From assembly GCF_009914755.1 (NCBI RefSeq), contig NC_060939.1: 64,000 nucleotides of DNA. One strand, 5' to 3'. How positions within the stretch are numbered: the stretch's first letter is position 1; every line of letters begins with the position of its first letter. Below the pieces are notes generated by a model that was not told the origin of the DNA, ran no database searches, and saw nothing but the letters and a program-made list of their open reading frames with translations. Positions 13,453-27,835 of the stretch are shown here, piece after piece. Origin of the DNA: the human T2T-CHM13v2.0 reference genome, Homo sapiens. The translations under genes were made by a program, and so were the position numbers.

Positions 13453-13473
13453 CAGAGATATATATATATATAT
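13391..13473. repeat. (TAGA)15 plus (TA)n microsatellite at the Alu tail position
   Basis: 60 nt of pure TAGA (13391-13450), then tacagaga and a TA run. Confidence 0.97.
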
Positions 13474-13899
13474 CTTCTTTATGCTAGGAACATGTAATTT
13501 ACCCCAAGGAAAATAAGGAGATGGTGTGGCCATCACAAAAGCAGCACCCCGAGGGAGAGCAGGGCTTCCTGGAGGGCTGTGGGAAGGGCAGGGAAAACTA
13601 AAGGCCAACCATCAGTCCAGTAAGATAACAGAAAGTAAGATAAGAAATTATTGGAGGACATGATTTTAACTAAATGGACGGGGAGAAGCTTCCCATTCGC
13701 CGCAATGCCTCTGCCCAGGTGAACTCTGTGGTGCGTCACAGCAGAAGAGACTGGGCCAACCCCGCTGTTCGTGTTGCACAGTCAGGAACAGAGGGAAGGG
13801 GCTCTGGGAAAGCCCTCTTGGTGCCTGTGCCCAGACGGTGCATCTGCAGCAGGGCTGGGCAGTCAGAAATAAGCCCCTCAAAAGTAGTTTAAACCAACA

Positions 13900-14330
13900 A
13901 TTATACAATGAGGTACTGTTTTTTACCCACCAAACTAGCAATGAGGAAAAGATGGCATAACATGTTGGTGAGGGTTTAGAGAATAGGCGTCTGTATTCAT
14001 ACCTCCTGGGGCAAGGTGAATCACTGCAACTTATTGAAAGGGCAATTTGGCAATATCTAGCCAATTAAATAGCCAAGAACCCCTACACTAGCAATTCCAC
14101 TTCTAATCCCAAAGGCTAGCAAGAGTCTAGACAACACTTACATGCCCACCAACAGATCGCGTGAAATAAACAATGACCCCTCATAGGATGGAACACATGT
14201 GACCACGAGTGAGTGGGAGAGTCAGGTGAATGCTGACACGCACTGCCTTCAGGCTTTATTGTTAGGTCTAAGACAAAACAAAACAAAAACAAGGTGCAGA
14301 ATAGCACACACAGTGACCCCCGTGTTTATG
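13900..14330 (+). mobile_element. Ancient L1ME-like fragment
   Basis: atgttggtgagggtttagagaa...gggcaatttggcaatatct...agcaattccacttct resembles the L1 ORF2 3' region. Confidence 0.6.
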
Positions 14331-14356
14331 TTTTACAAAGAAAATAATCATATTCT

Positions 14357-14658
<302 letters not shown>

Positions 14659-15714
14659 AAGAAAATAATTATATTCATTATAAACTATCAATGCTAATTA
14701 TCCCTGAAAGGGAACTTACATTAGAAGAAGGAGGGGAGGGAGGGACAGAAGAAGAAAGAAAAAAATCTTTTTAAAAACATGAACCAACACAGAAACTCAG
14801 AATGTTCACGCAGAATCATCGGGAAGTGTAAGGCTACGTCTTTCTCCAGCAGCCCTGAGCAATCCACTCTTACCCAGGTAAAATGTTATATCACTACAAT
14901 TACAAGTTGTGTTTTCAGATACCTGCTCTTCAGATATAAAGTAGCCACCAGGCGCCTTACTTCATTTGTTCAAGAAAGACCAGACACCATGTCCCATTCG
15001 TAAGTATGGGTGGATTTCTCAGCGCCCCAGCTCCCCGACAGTGAAGAACCTCCTCCCAGCCACTGGGAAACAATAAAGCTGCGTGACTTCGCAGGGAAGG
15101 TGCCCCATGGCTCTACTGTCCACAGGGCTTTCTCCTGACCCTTTCTCTCGGTTCCCGTAACTCCTCCCTCTCATATCCCTTCATGCCCAGGATGACGATA
15201 CCCTACAGCTACTGAATTTTCCCTTGCCCACATCCTTATAAATATTCCCCGTAATCAGAAATTTCCCACTGGAGCCACCCTCTGTTTCCTGCTTGGACGT
15301 GGCCTATAGGAGCAGGAGGCTTCTCTGCTCAAAGACTTCCAGTGACAGCCTCTGAGTGACACCAAAGGCAATGGCACCCCACCACCCCTCACTGCCCTCC
15401 GGAGCCACCCACTGCAGTGATTGATAAGATGGGCTGATCACACCCAGCAGAGTTCAGGCCTCCCTTCCCCTATGTCTCCGCTCAGGTCAGGCGCTTCCTA
15501 GGAAAGCCTTTCTCTGTTCTCACCACTTACTTGACCTGATCACAAAGCCAAGGCCAGCAACCCAGGCCATGGCCGTCCCTCTAGGCTCTGCGCTCCTGGC
15601 ATCCTTACTCTCCTATTTACCTGGAACCCACGCTATCCTGTCTGTATTTTTCGCCTTCTTTATTTATGTAGATGACCAGTCTCCTAGTCTAGAATGGAAG
15701 CCTCATGAAGGAAG

Positions 15715-16295
15715 TTAAACCATCCCTATAAGCTTTATTAAATTAATCAGGGAAGAAGAAAAGCAACAATAAACCCAGCTTGCAGCACACTCAGCATTGA
15801 TCACTAGATCAGCTGCTCTCTGACCTGCTTCCTCAGAGCCATCTGCTGCCTGTTGCCCCAGAATCCGGCAGACCCTGTTACAAGATTACAGTTTCCCTTA
15901 ACTGCTCTACAAATAACAACTTGAACATTATGAAATGTTGAGTTTTCCCTTTGAGATATTCCTTCAGTTCCTGCATACTGATGAAACTACTGGCTCAGCT
16001 GGTCTGAAGGGTCCCATAGGAGCTCACTCACCAGGAAATGAAGTTTCCACATCCTGATGATTTCATCCTCCTTGCCCCAACCAATCGACCACTCCAACTT
16101 TCCAGCCCCTCACCCTCCATGATCCTCTTAGAAACTCCGGCCCAGAACCCCAGGAGATGGATTTGCGGGTCTCCTCCCAGCTCCTCATTTGGCGCCCTGT
16201 GATCATTAAACTGTTTCTCTGCTGCAAAACCTGCTGTCTCAGTGGAGTGGATCTGTTACTGCACAGGGGGCATACAAACCTGCTGGTCCTAAACA
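15715..16295 (+). mobile_element. ERV1 MER4-group solo LTR (LTR49-like)
   Basis: Starts t(t)aaaccatccctataa, ends ...cctaaaca, has an attaaa poly(A)-like signal, and is flanked by 4-bp TSD gaag/gaag. Confidence 0.75.
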
Positions 16296-16609
16296 GAAGG
16301 GTTTGCATATAAACTTTGGGGATCCTTATAAGAAGGGCCCACGCTTTTACATACTTGAGTGAGATGTAGGTGTCTGTGCATGTGTATGTGTAATTGACAG
16401 TGGACTCTGATCATTTCTAGTAATCTAACTTCTAATAAAATGATACATTAGGAAAGGTGATTCAGAAGTCAAAATTTTAAGCCCTAAGAAATGTACTTCT
16501 TATTTTCTTCAGGAAGACTGAAAACATCCATTCAATTTAACATTTATTGGAAAACCTACAGCTATTATACTAAACATTATCAGGTACTAGAATACTTTTT
16601 AAAATATCA

Positions 16610-16923
<314 letters not shown>

Positions 16924-17194
16924 AAATATCATCTCTATCCTCAAGAATTTTACAGTCTAATAGTATAGGAAACAGAAGACATAAAAGAAGGCAAAATGTG
17001 ATGAATGCCACAAAAGAGTTGTCATGCCATAGAAATTAACAAACCCTGGAGAGTCTTGAGAGGCTTCTGAACATGGGATTAACAGAAGCAGATGTTTAAG
17101 CAGGAGCACCTGCCTGGTGCTCCAGGAAGGTGAATCAGGTGTGAGGATGCAGCTGGGCAAAACTGAATGGAAAGTCTCTGAGAGACCATGGAGG

Positions 17195-17550
17195 AGGCTG
17201 TTGGGAGAAAACACTCTACTGAGCTCTTGCATTTCTGAACATCTTCTAAGCAGAAGAACTGATTGTCTTTGTTCCAGACTATCTTTTCCAAGATGCATGC
17301 ACAGCCCATCAGCCTTGAAATACAGAGATATGTCCCTCTGTAGCAAAAGGCAGGGATGCTTTTTGTCCTGTAAAATGGATTTGTGTTTCCTAAGTGCCAA
17401 ATTCCTCTCCTGACACAAATTACTGCATGTGCAGGTGTCGCCAGACCCAGGTAGGCTTCGGCTCATGCTGCCTACTGTGGCCTGGGGAACAAAGTCCTGA
17501 GGCTCATGTCTCTTGTCAGCATCCATGACACTTTGCCACTTACTAGCTTA
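17195..17550 (+). mobile_element. ERVL-class LTR relic (MER76/MER77-like)
   Basis: ctttgttccagactatcttttccaag...agcaaaaggcagg...tgtcagcatccatga resembles these LTR consensi from memory. Confidence 0.5.
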
Positions 17551-17604
17551 CAAATAGGGTAAAACTCCTGACAGAGACTACTGAAATACTTTTGTAAAAT
17601 AAAA

Positions 17605-17720
17605 TGAGAATCATTCTGTTTCCTCAGCTGTTCAATATGGTTAATAATACCTACTTTATAAGGCTGCTGTGAGGACCAACTAAGGAACATACACCCAAGA
17701 GAAGGTGCTCAATCCTCTGT
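17605..17720. mobile_element. MIR fragment
   Basis: ctgtttcctcagctg...ataatacctactttataaggctgctgtgagga MIR core. Confidence 0.65.
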
Positions 17721-18009
17721 GAACCAGCCAGTCACCATTCAACAAGTCAAAGCAGCAGAAATAGAAGCAGAAGGAAGGCAATGGCCTGCGCAGTAAGCAG
17801 AAAATATCATACAGAGACAGATGTCAAACAACGATGTCTAGGAGAAGGGAGCAGTCACATAACATGTCACAGGAGGCAGGGGACAACTTCAGAGCAGGGT
17901 TACAGTAGTCAAGGTCCCCCACTGCCTCATCCATCTCCAAGGGAGAAGTAACTGTACAAGCTCACTATACTGTGGACGCTGAAGGCATTTCCCACGAGAA
18001 TGCCAATTA

Positions 18010-19210
18010 AGAATTCTGAAACTGATATACATAGTACTGGAAGTGAATGATTAAGTAAACAGATGGTGGATGATGGGAATTAGGTTTCTCCCTGTTGGAG
18101 AGGGAGATTACACATGTGCAAGGGGTGGAGGCTAGAATTATCCATGTGGTAATGATATGGACTTGGCTTAACCTAGAAATAGATGGTTTAATTAGAACTA
18201 TTCATAGACCAATGTATATAAATGTGTGTGTGTGTATACAAACTAGTATATACACATATATTTCTGTGCTCTATCAATCAGCTGAGAGCATGTAGAATGA
18301 ATGACATTCAGTATCAATGAGCACACCTAGATCCCAGATCTTGGCTTATAATACCAGTCTCCAGTAAAAGAGAACAAGGCTTCTTGGAGAAACGTTGTAT
18401 TCTAGGACTGGAGCAGGAAGTATATAAGATGAGCGTGGAACATATCGCAGTGCTCTAAAATAAGGAAGGGCTCACGGAAAGAAAAACAAGCACGATGTTA
18501 GCGGCACACATCAATGGGACACAGGCACCAATGGAGAGCGCTCCCAATGGCCACAACTGGGAAGAAGTTGAGTAAGAAATAAAGCAATATTGGATTATAA
18601 CTCAAAGCACAAAATAAATATATGAGAGTCCAAACTGATATAAATGAATGACTGAATAAGTAAATGATTGGAGAAGCATAAACACATGTATGTACAAGAA
18701 TCCCAACTATCTTCTAAAGATACTTCCTCCTCGAGCGGGGAGCAAAGCTCCCTACCCGTTAAGTGTTGCTTGCTCGTGGCAACTTCCCTCCCACCAGCAC
18801 AGTACAGAAGTGGGGAGAGGAACTCTGCAGTAAAGACACCCGACAAACACTACTTCAGCCCATGATGAGTCATGCTGACAGCACGCACTCTCCACAGGGT
18901 ATGATGAAAATGACACTTCAGCTCTGCACTCATTCTCCCCCAGATCCACAACCCTGGTCAAATCGTGAGAAAAATGTCAGACAAATCTCACTTTAGTGCC
19001 ATCCTACAAGACACATGACCGATAGACCTCAAAACTGTCAAGGTCATCAAAAACAAGGAAAGACTGAGAAACTGTCACAGCTAAGAAGGGACTTGGGAGA
19101 TATGATGACAAAATGGGAAGTGGGGTCCCCGATGGGGTCCTGGAACAGAAAAGGATATCAAGGAAGAATTAAGGAAATCTAAATAAAGTGTGCACCTTAG
19201 TTAATTAGAA
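18010..19210 (+). mobile_element. L1MC/L1MD-type 3' UTR remnant
   Basis: aaaactgtcaaggtcatcaaaaacaaggaaagactgagaaactgtcacag...cctggaacagaaaagga is characteristic of L1MC/MD 3' ends. Confidence 0.75.
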
Positions 19211-19864
19211 AAGCGGTCAACACTTTATTTTTATTCAAAAACGGCCTCAAGTAGGGCCTATGAGCTGAAAAAGTAAATGGCTTAGATGTGTAAATAATAA
19301 CGCAGAAGAATAATTTCTCAGTATTCTACTATTCTTCCTGGTTACAGACTGTAAGTGGCAATTTGCCTTTGGGATTAACCACCTACTAAACATTTCAAGG
19401 GCTATAATATTTGTCATCAAGATGGCATGTGAGTATTCTGTCCTGGGTTGCCAGGTCGGGCAGCACAAGAGAGAGATACACACTGTTCTCCTTGGAGGGA
19501 GGTGCAGGCGCCCTCCCTCTACCAGAAAGAAAACAATATTCCAAAACAATGTCTCAAGTGAGACATTGAGACATTGATGCCTCAATGTCTTAGATATTCT
19601 GTAAATTATTATTTTTAAAATGCTAAATTCCTTTCAGAGGCTATGATTTCCAAAGCCCATAACAACACGAGAAAAGCACCAGTTTCCATTTGTTTGTTTT
19701 GTATTAGAGAGGTTATGCACACTCTTAAGATGGTTATTTTACCCACAGTGAGTAAGACTAATTAATTCATTTTCTGGTAATTCTGCTGCTACCCCTGAAA
19801 TGTTAATTCAGGCAAGTACTTGTATAAGACAAAAGAGAAATTTCACTGACAATCTTCAGTTGGA

Positions 19865-20365
19865 ACAACACACACATAAAACACACACACATATTACATT
19901 TACACCCACATGGGCACATACATGAACATATACACGTGTGAACATGAAAACACATGGATGCACACATGCAGGCACAACTATGCATATGCACGCACACCCA
20001 CACAGGTATACATGTGTACACACCAAATCATAATTCACACATGCACACATACATGCACACATTCACACACACACAATCATGCAGACATGGGCCACACGTG
20101 TGTGCATCCACACTAGTACACATACATGTGTGCACACTTGCACACAAGTGTGCACACAGACACAGGCTCACATGCATACGTGTATTCACCCACACATGCA
20201 CACATACACACATAATACACATGCAGGCACACTCATACATGCATACATATAAGCTCGCATACATACAGGCACATTTGTCTATATGCACCCATGCACACTA
20301 CACACATACACAGGCACATAGGCACATACACACCCAATACACATGCTCGCATATGCACACACACT
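19865..20365. repeat. Degenerate (CA)n/(CATA)n low-complexity tract, ~500 bp
   Basis: Near-continuous alternating purine-pyrimidine cacacatgca-type sequence; source of the His/Thr-rich spurious ORFs. Confidence 0.9.
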
Positions 20366-20439
20366 TTTACATTTGCAGTACTCTACCTCCTTGTCTGTGT
20401 CTTAACAAAATCTTTTTGCATATTTTGAAGTACCATGGA

Positions 20440-20570
20440 TCTGGCAACTTAACTCTCTGTTATAGCATGAAAGTAGCTATGGATAATACATCACTTAATA
20501 AGCATATCTGTGTTCCAATAAAACTTCAGTCACAGAAACAAGTGAGCAGCCCATAGGCAGTCAATCCCTG
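20440..20570. mobile_element. MER58A-like hAT DNA transposon relic
   Basis: gcatgaaagtagctatggataatac...ctgtgttccaataaaactt. Confidence 0.6.
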
Positions 20571-20619
20571 AATAGAGAATAAATACAAAAAGAGAAAAAA
20601 TGCACCTATCATACCTGTA

Positions 20620-21780
20620 CATCAATGGATTACTACAAGCTGAGCACGTGTGTCATAAAATATAATATCACTAGAACCCAGAGTCCCCTCATGAGTCCCC
20701 TAATTCTCACACTCCCCAAGAGGAATCACTATCCTATTTTCTAACAGCACAGATCAGTTTTCCTATATTTGTACTTTATGTAATTAAAATCATATATGCA
20801 CTTTTTTGTGTCTGGCTTCTTTCACTCAATATTATGTTCTTGAGAATCTTCCATGCTGCTATATATTGTATATCTAATTTTTACTGCTGCTATGAACACT
20901 CTAGTACATTCTTAAGTGAAAACAGAGTGGCATTTCTGTTGGGGCTCGCCTAAGAGTGAGACTGAGGGTTCATGCAAATGAATCTTTCAGGTGGTAGAAG
21001 TAATTTACATTTCCACTAGCAGTGTATATATTCCATTGTTTCATGTCCTTACCAATGTTTGCTTCTTTTCATCTTTTTCAATTTCATCATCCAGATAGGC
21101 ATGGTGTAAAATGGCGCTGTGGTTTTAATTTGAATTTCCCTGTAGCTAAGGAAGTTCCGCATCTTTTCATATTATTACTGTCTACTGGGTATCCTCTTCT
21201 AGTGAAATGAGAGTGAAATTGCTCATTTTTCTATGGGGTGGTCTGGGGTTTTTCCTAATTGATTGGTAGGAGCTCTTTCCATGGTGTCACTATGAATCCT
21301 TTACTGGAATACATACTGTAAAAATCTTCTCCCACTTGGTAAATTGTTTTTTCAGGCCCTTAATGGTAACTTTTGATGACCAAAAGGTCTTAAATATAGT
21401 CTGATCTTGTTTTATCCTTTACTCTTCAGTGCTTTTGGGGTCCTGTTTATCAAATGTTGTCCTATCGTGAGTTCACTAATATTACATTTTGCTTTTCACA
21501 TTTAGATCTACGGTCCATATAGAAATGATCTGTGTGTACGGAATGAGGTAGGGATAAAGGTACATTTTCTTTCACATGGGTGCCAATTGGCATGGTGCCG
21601 TATATTCAAAATAAAATTCGTTGATACTGAATTGTAGTGTTACCTCTGTCATAAATCGGAGAGCCTTATACGTTTGAGCCTGTTTCTGGGCTCTCCATTC
21701 TTTCCCACTGGTTTTTCTGTCTTTGCACTAAGACTACACTGTGCTAATTATTAGAGTTTTATTAGAGTTCTTGACCTCTG
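20620..21780 (-). mobile_element. Ancient L1ME-type remnant
   Basis: tttgtgtctggcttctttcactcaatattatgttcttgaga and ggttttaatttgaatttccctg match the reverse complement of the L1 3' region. Confidence 0.7.
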
Positions 21781-22581
21781 CTCATCTAAGTCCTCAAGCA
21801 TTGTTTTACTTATATGCTAATGAAGAAGAAAGAGGGAAGGAAGGAAAGAATGGAGGGAGGAAGAAAGATAGGTCACGGATTTGTATAAATAAGTCATATG
21901 CCGATTATAGTGATTATGTTATTTGCTGTTATAACTGCAGTTATTTAATTTTTCCCAAATAATAAATAAGATTTTCCCGAAATAATAAATCTGCTTAGAT
22001 AAAATTTGATTTAATGCCATGTTTACCTCATGCTAAAACAACCAGCTGACACAGGGAAACTTAATCATAAAGCAAAAGAAATCAAAAACATTTTAACTGA
22101 GTTTTTTTACATTTTCAATTAGTTATTTTAGTATCTTCTAGATACAATCTAAATGACTGATAAATGGTACTGAGAAACAACTTATTCAATTAGCAAAATT
22201 AACACTCTCTCCCTCCCCGAAAAAACTCTAAATTCCATATTAGCTCACAGCACTGCTAATTGTCTTTGAAACTTTCAATAAATTAGTCATGTAGCTGCAA
22301 CAATAAAAATAAAATGCAATGTTGACTTATTTTCTAATCAAAATGCTCATTTAAAGAGCATTTTGAAGCAACAAAATGATTTACATTGCAATACTAAGGA
22401 GCTTAAAGCATATAAGAATGTGAATTATATATGAAGCTCATCAGTAGCTTAAGACTACAAATAGCAATCTACACACACTTCTCAAACTTTGCAAGCTCAG
22501 GGGGAACCTAGCTGTTCTACTATCGAAATGCATCATAAAATCTTAAAATATTTGTTAACTTTAAAGTGCTATAAAGCCCTA

Positions 22582-23173
<592 letters not shown>

Positions 23174-24769
23174 CTAAGGACCAGCCTGTCTAAGGCCACA
23201 TCTCCGGCCAGCTGCTAGCTCTGCTCTGCACGCAGCACACTCGCCTAAAAGGCAACAAACTTTTTTTGAAGCCTGCCTCGCACACGACTCAGGTGTGCAC
23301 ACACGTAAGGCCTGTGGAAGGGTGCTGTTCCCCGTCCCTCTGCCGAAGACAGGCCTCCGTGGATGCCAACAGTGAATTCAGCTTGGGGTTGCTTGGTCAG
23401 TTCACCTACAAACCCTGCTAGTCACAGGGGGCATAGGCACAAAAATCTCCATCTGCCAAGATAATGCTTTTTCTCCACACTCATGAATGGCCTTGTTGGG
23501 AATTAATTAGGAACTTAGCAGTTTTAATTAAGGTCTGATCTGTGACTTGAATAATGGGCAATCGTTACATTATCATTACATGACAAAATTATCACATTAG
23601 ACACAATTAAAAAATGGCTTTGGGTGATGCTCTTAATTGAAAAGTGATTGCTTGGTGAGTTGACTCTCCAAGGACAGCCGGCCTCCTCCAGCCACGTGGC
23701 CCACACGGAGGAGGGCAGCCCGCTGTGCACCTGCCCTCCCGCCCCAGAGCTGCCAGGCCCAGCAGGTACCTGTTGTGTGCTGCTGTGTGCCCAAGCCCAC
23801 GCGTCAGGAAGCACACGTAGACACAGTTTCCATCCTGAAGGGCTCCCCCCTTGTAGACAAGCCATTTCAACTCAGCAGGGACAGCAGAAATGCTTGCCCC
23901 TGCTGGAACACAGAAGGAACCTTAGGCAGGAGGTCCTGAAAGTCTTCAGGACTGAGGAGCACTGAGGGAGGCAGGGAAGCGGCCCGGCTGGGAGTGGCGG
24001 GGAGAGGGTTCCTGGCCAGCCTGGGCGCCTGGGCCAAGCTGCCCCCTAGGAAAGGAGGTGGAGTGATGGTGTGGGTCACAGGCTACTGCGGACTTGACCG
24101 TGAGCAGAGTCCAGGGAACCTGAGAAGTTCGCACAGGACAGACGCCAACCAGGCATTTTAGGGTGATGTCCCCGGCCTCCATGAGGCTACCTTTGGTTCT
24201 CCCAACCCCACCTTTGACATCAGTTTGCTCCCATTTCTTCCTCTGAGGCTCCTCGCAGCTCCTCCCGGAAGTGTCCAGCTCCCGCAGTGATTGGCCCCAT
24301 GCCAGTGCCCAGCCCACCATGCCCCAGTCCCCATGGAAGGCAGCCGGCCAGGACCAAAAGGACCAGGGAGATAATGAGGAACCATTTCTACTTTAGCTTC
24401 ACAGTGCACTATCTGAATTTGTGCAATAGATTCTCCTTCTAAATTAGATCATATCTAAGGAAATAAAATGATTTTCAGCTTCTCAATTCCAGACTATTGA
24501 CTGGGTGTGAGAGCTGAGAAGATTGCAGAGAATGCCAGCTAGAACTGAGCAAGTAAATACAAGGACTACCCATGAGCCACCATTAGGAGCTTTTTTACAT
24601 AGGTCCATAGGAAACTGGGCTACAGTCCACCAAAATGGTAAGCAATGGCCTGCCCTTTGCCCGGCACAGTGTTCTGGGAGACAGTGGAAACTTCCCCAGG
24701 CGCCCTGTTAGGGAAGGTGCAGAGTTGTGTATCAGGCAGTTTTCTGAGTGCTTTTACCTAAATGAAAGT

Positions 24770-24915
24770 TACTGCATTCCATGCCTGTAACAGTATTATG
24801 AGGCAGCAGTTGATTGCAGTCTCATTTTACAAGGCACAGAGAAGTCAAGGAACTTCCCACACACACACACACACACACACAGCAGTAAACAGTAGGACTA
24901 GGGTTCAAGCTTCAA
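24770..24915. mobile_element. MIR relic interrupted by (CA)n
   Basis: tctcattttacaaggcacagagaagtcaaggaacttccc(ac)n agcagtaaacagtaggactagggttcaa. Confidence 0.6.
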
Positions 24916-27669
24916 GCGCAGAGGCACGGCCCTCAACCACTACACTCCCACAGCCAACTGTGCCATGTCAGGGATGCAACTGGTGCTCTGTGTAGACGGA
25001 ACCCAGGCCTGGACACTGCCTCCCCCTCCTTTCCCCAGCTCCCTGCACTGCTGACCTATCCTTTCTCAGCATGTGGTGACTCTTAGCACACCGACTCCTG
25101 CGTTCATGCCTCCTCTGTGGCTGGATCCAGATTCTTCAGGCCCAGCTCCACATTCCCAGGAAAGAAACTCAGGCTGGCCCACAACTCTGTAGATATTACC
25201 TTGCAAATGGGGGTGGCAAGGCCAGTGGGCAGATGAGGCCATCCAGATGAACCCCAGCGGCCTAAGGCATCGAGACTCCCCACTGCATGATGCCTGAGGC
25301 ACACTAGCTATTAAACACCGGAGTGCGGGACTGGGTGCTTTGCACCAAGAAGGTATTTAGCCTTGCGTAACAAATACTTCCCAAACTTATTTGAAAGCAC
25401 AAAACCCTCATTTTGTGATTCTTCCCTTAACATCCTACAGGAGAACTCAGCACCATCCTCACTGGGCAGCTTCCTGCCCTCCGCATGGTCTCCCGGCAAG
25501 ATGCCCTTCCCTTGAGTGGAGCAGCCTGCCCTGTGGGGCTCAGCAATCCATACAGAGCCACCAGCGTGAGACAGTAAGCAGCCTCTCACAAACGTTCGCC
25601 TTAGAGTGAGATCCCACGATGTTTTCATCAGTCTATTAAACTCAGCTTCATTCTCCACGGATATGAAACATATAACAAGACAGGAAGCCGGCACATCTGA
25701 CAATTACACAAACCAAGAAATGGAAAGCATCGAGTCATGCAGGAGTCACACAACGCGAGAGGGGCTGACAGCCAGGACTGGGAAATCAACATCTGATTTA
25801 AATGAGGGAAACAAGCTGAACGGCAAGCACCATAAAATTAACTCTCAAAGCTTAGGATTAAGCTGAGTTCTGGAAGGAAGAGCCTGGTGCTCAGGTAATT
25901 CCGGGTTTAATATAGGAAAAGCAAATTTAGGACAACACCACCTTCCACAGAGTGCCGACGGAGCTGGGGAGTGCAATTAGCACACCAGCCAAATCCAATG
26001 TGCAAGTCATCATACTATTGGGTATTTTATTTGTTCCTTGTAATTCTCATGAGTCATTTAAGGAAAAAAAAAAACACATTAGGTTGAGAAAAATACAACA
26101 GAAACCATCATGATGCTGTGGGTTTGCCTGAAATGTCCAGCTTACTAGAAGGCAGAAACAAAATAATTTACATTCTGGAAAAGGGGGATATTTTATTTTA
26201 AGCTTAGTGGAAAACTCATGCAATATTAAAAGATTGTGAGAGCTGAATATAGACGTATTTAAAATAAGCATAATCATACTGTTGTTGTTTTAATCAGGAA
26301 GAAAGTAAATTATCTTTAAAAATGTAAATTCGAATTTCTGAAAATTATTTTCCATCCATGTTTTTGCTTTTTACAAACTGACAGGTTTTTCATAATCTCT
26401 TTATATATAGAAACGAAGACACTTGAAATAAGGTCACTGGATAAGACGATCTATAGCACAAGGCACTACTTTTATGGTAAATTCTATAATTATAAATAGA
26501 TTTTTCCAGCTTCATCTTGTGACGATTTTTTCTTAGGCATTTCATATCGTTCTTGTGAATGGCAGAGTAGAAAATTAACTTGAGTACAGGTGAAGTGAGG
26601 TTGGAGCACCTAATTTTCAACCCTGCATTGGCGCCAGGGCCCTGTCTGCCCTGATTCCTACCTCCCGAACCCCTACCCCCTGCCAGCTCCCACTCCATTC
26701 CCGGCCTTCCTCCCAGTGCTGAAGTCGCCCTCTTTGGAAGGGCTCGCTCTTGGCCAGCTGTCCCTGTCGGGGACTTATAGTACCAATGTTCCCAAGGAGA
26801 TTTCCACTGTAATCCAAACTCTCCAAAGGATGCGGGCTAGGGACTGACTGCTCAGTGCCGGCATCCCTAGCTACTGTGGGGCTCCCCTCTGAGGGCAGGG
26901 GCTCCTCATGGGTCCTCACTCAAAAAGCAGCTGCCCTGGGAACAGCGAGGCATACCTGTGCACTCCTCACTTTTATGTTCAGAGTTTTGCAGAGCATTTT
27001 GGAAAGAGGCAGAGGAAAAATTTACAGAGAAATTCAATTTTTGCCTCAAACTCTCAGCTGTTCTTTGTAAGTTCTTGAGGTCCTGTTGAGTGTAGCTAGA
27101 GAGTCCCATGGCCGAGACAAATACAGTAAAAATCACAGGTTTTTCAAGCTGACCCAACCTCCGAAAATCTGTATTATGAAAAATATCCACCAACTATGAT
27201 TGTAGAAAACATGGTGATTACTTATCTGGGACAAACTCCTATTCCAGGTCTGGGAAGATGTGGCTTGGGGTAAACCGGTGGCAAGTGATAGGGTCTGGGA
27301 GCTCCTGAAGGGTCAGTCTGGGGTTGCACGCTTCAGGAAGAAGACCTGGCTCTCCGTGGCATGAAGTCAGAGCAAAGGCCAAATGCTGGGGCTCTGCCGC
27401 CCTCTCAAGCGTGCTAGAAGAGCCGCTGAGACAGAAAAGTCAGAGAAAGGGGCCACCCTGGCTGCTAGCTGAGCACTGTCCTGAAGACATCCTGCTGATG
27501 TGACTTCTAACAGGACTCGAAGCTGGGAGCAGGCCAAGAGAAACAGCAGCTCACACTTGGGGAGGCAGTAGCCAAGGAAAAACCAGGATTCGGATGTGAA
27601 CGGACAGCTTCCACTGACTTGAAGAAAGAATAAAATCGACCTACAACAAGGGCAGAAGTGGCTTTAGAG

Positions 27670-27785
27670 TAGATGACAGATAGATGATAGCTGATGGATA
27701 GATGCTAAATGAGTAGATATAGATAGATAGGTGACAGACAGCTAGATGAGAGATGATTGATAGAGACAAGAGATAGAAGATAGAT

Positions 27786-27835
<50 letters not shown>
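27670..27835. repeat. Complex (GATA)n STR with a pure (GATA)12 core at 27786-27833
   Basis: Read directly from the sequence. Confidence 0.95.

Noticed and set aside
12521-13495. Shared tctttatgctaggaa at ~12536 and ~13476
   Set aside because: Short AT-rich match in L1-derived or STR-adjacent sequence; cannot be distinguished from chance.
19803-20556. His/Thr- and Cys/Val-rich ORFs up to 200 aa
   Set aside because: Translation of the degenerate (CA)n tract.
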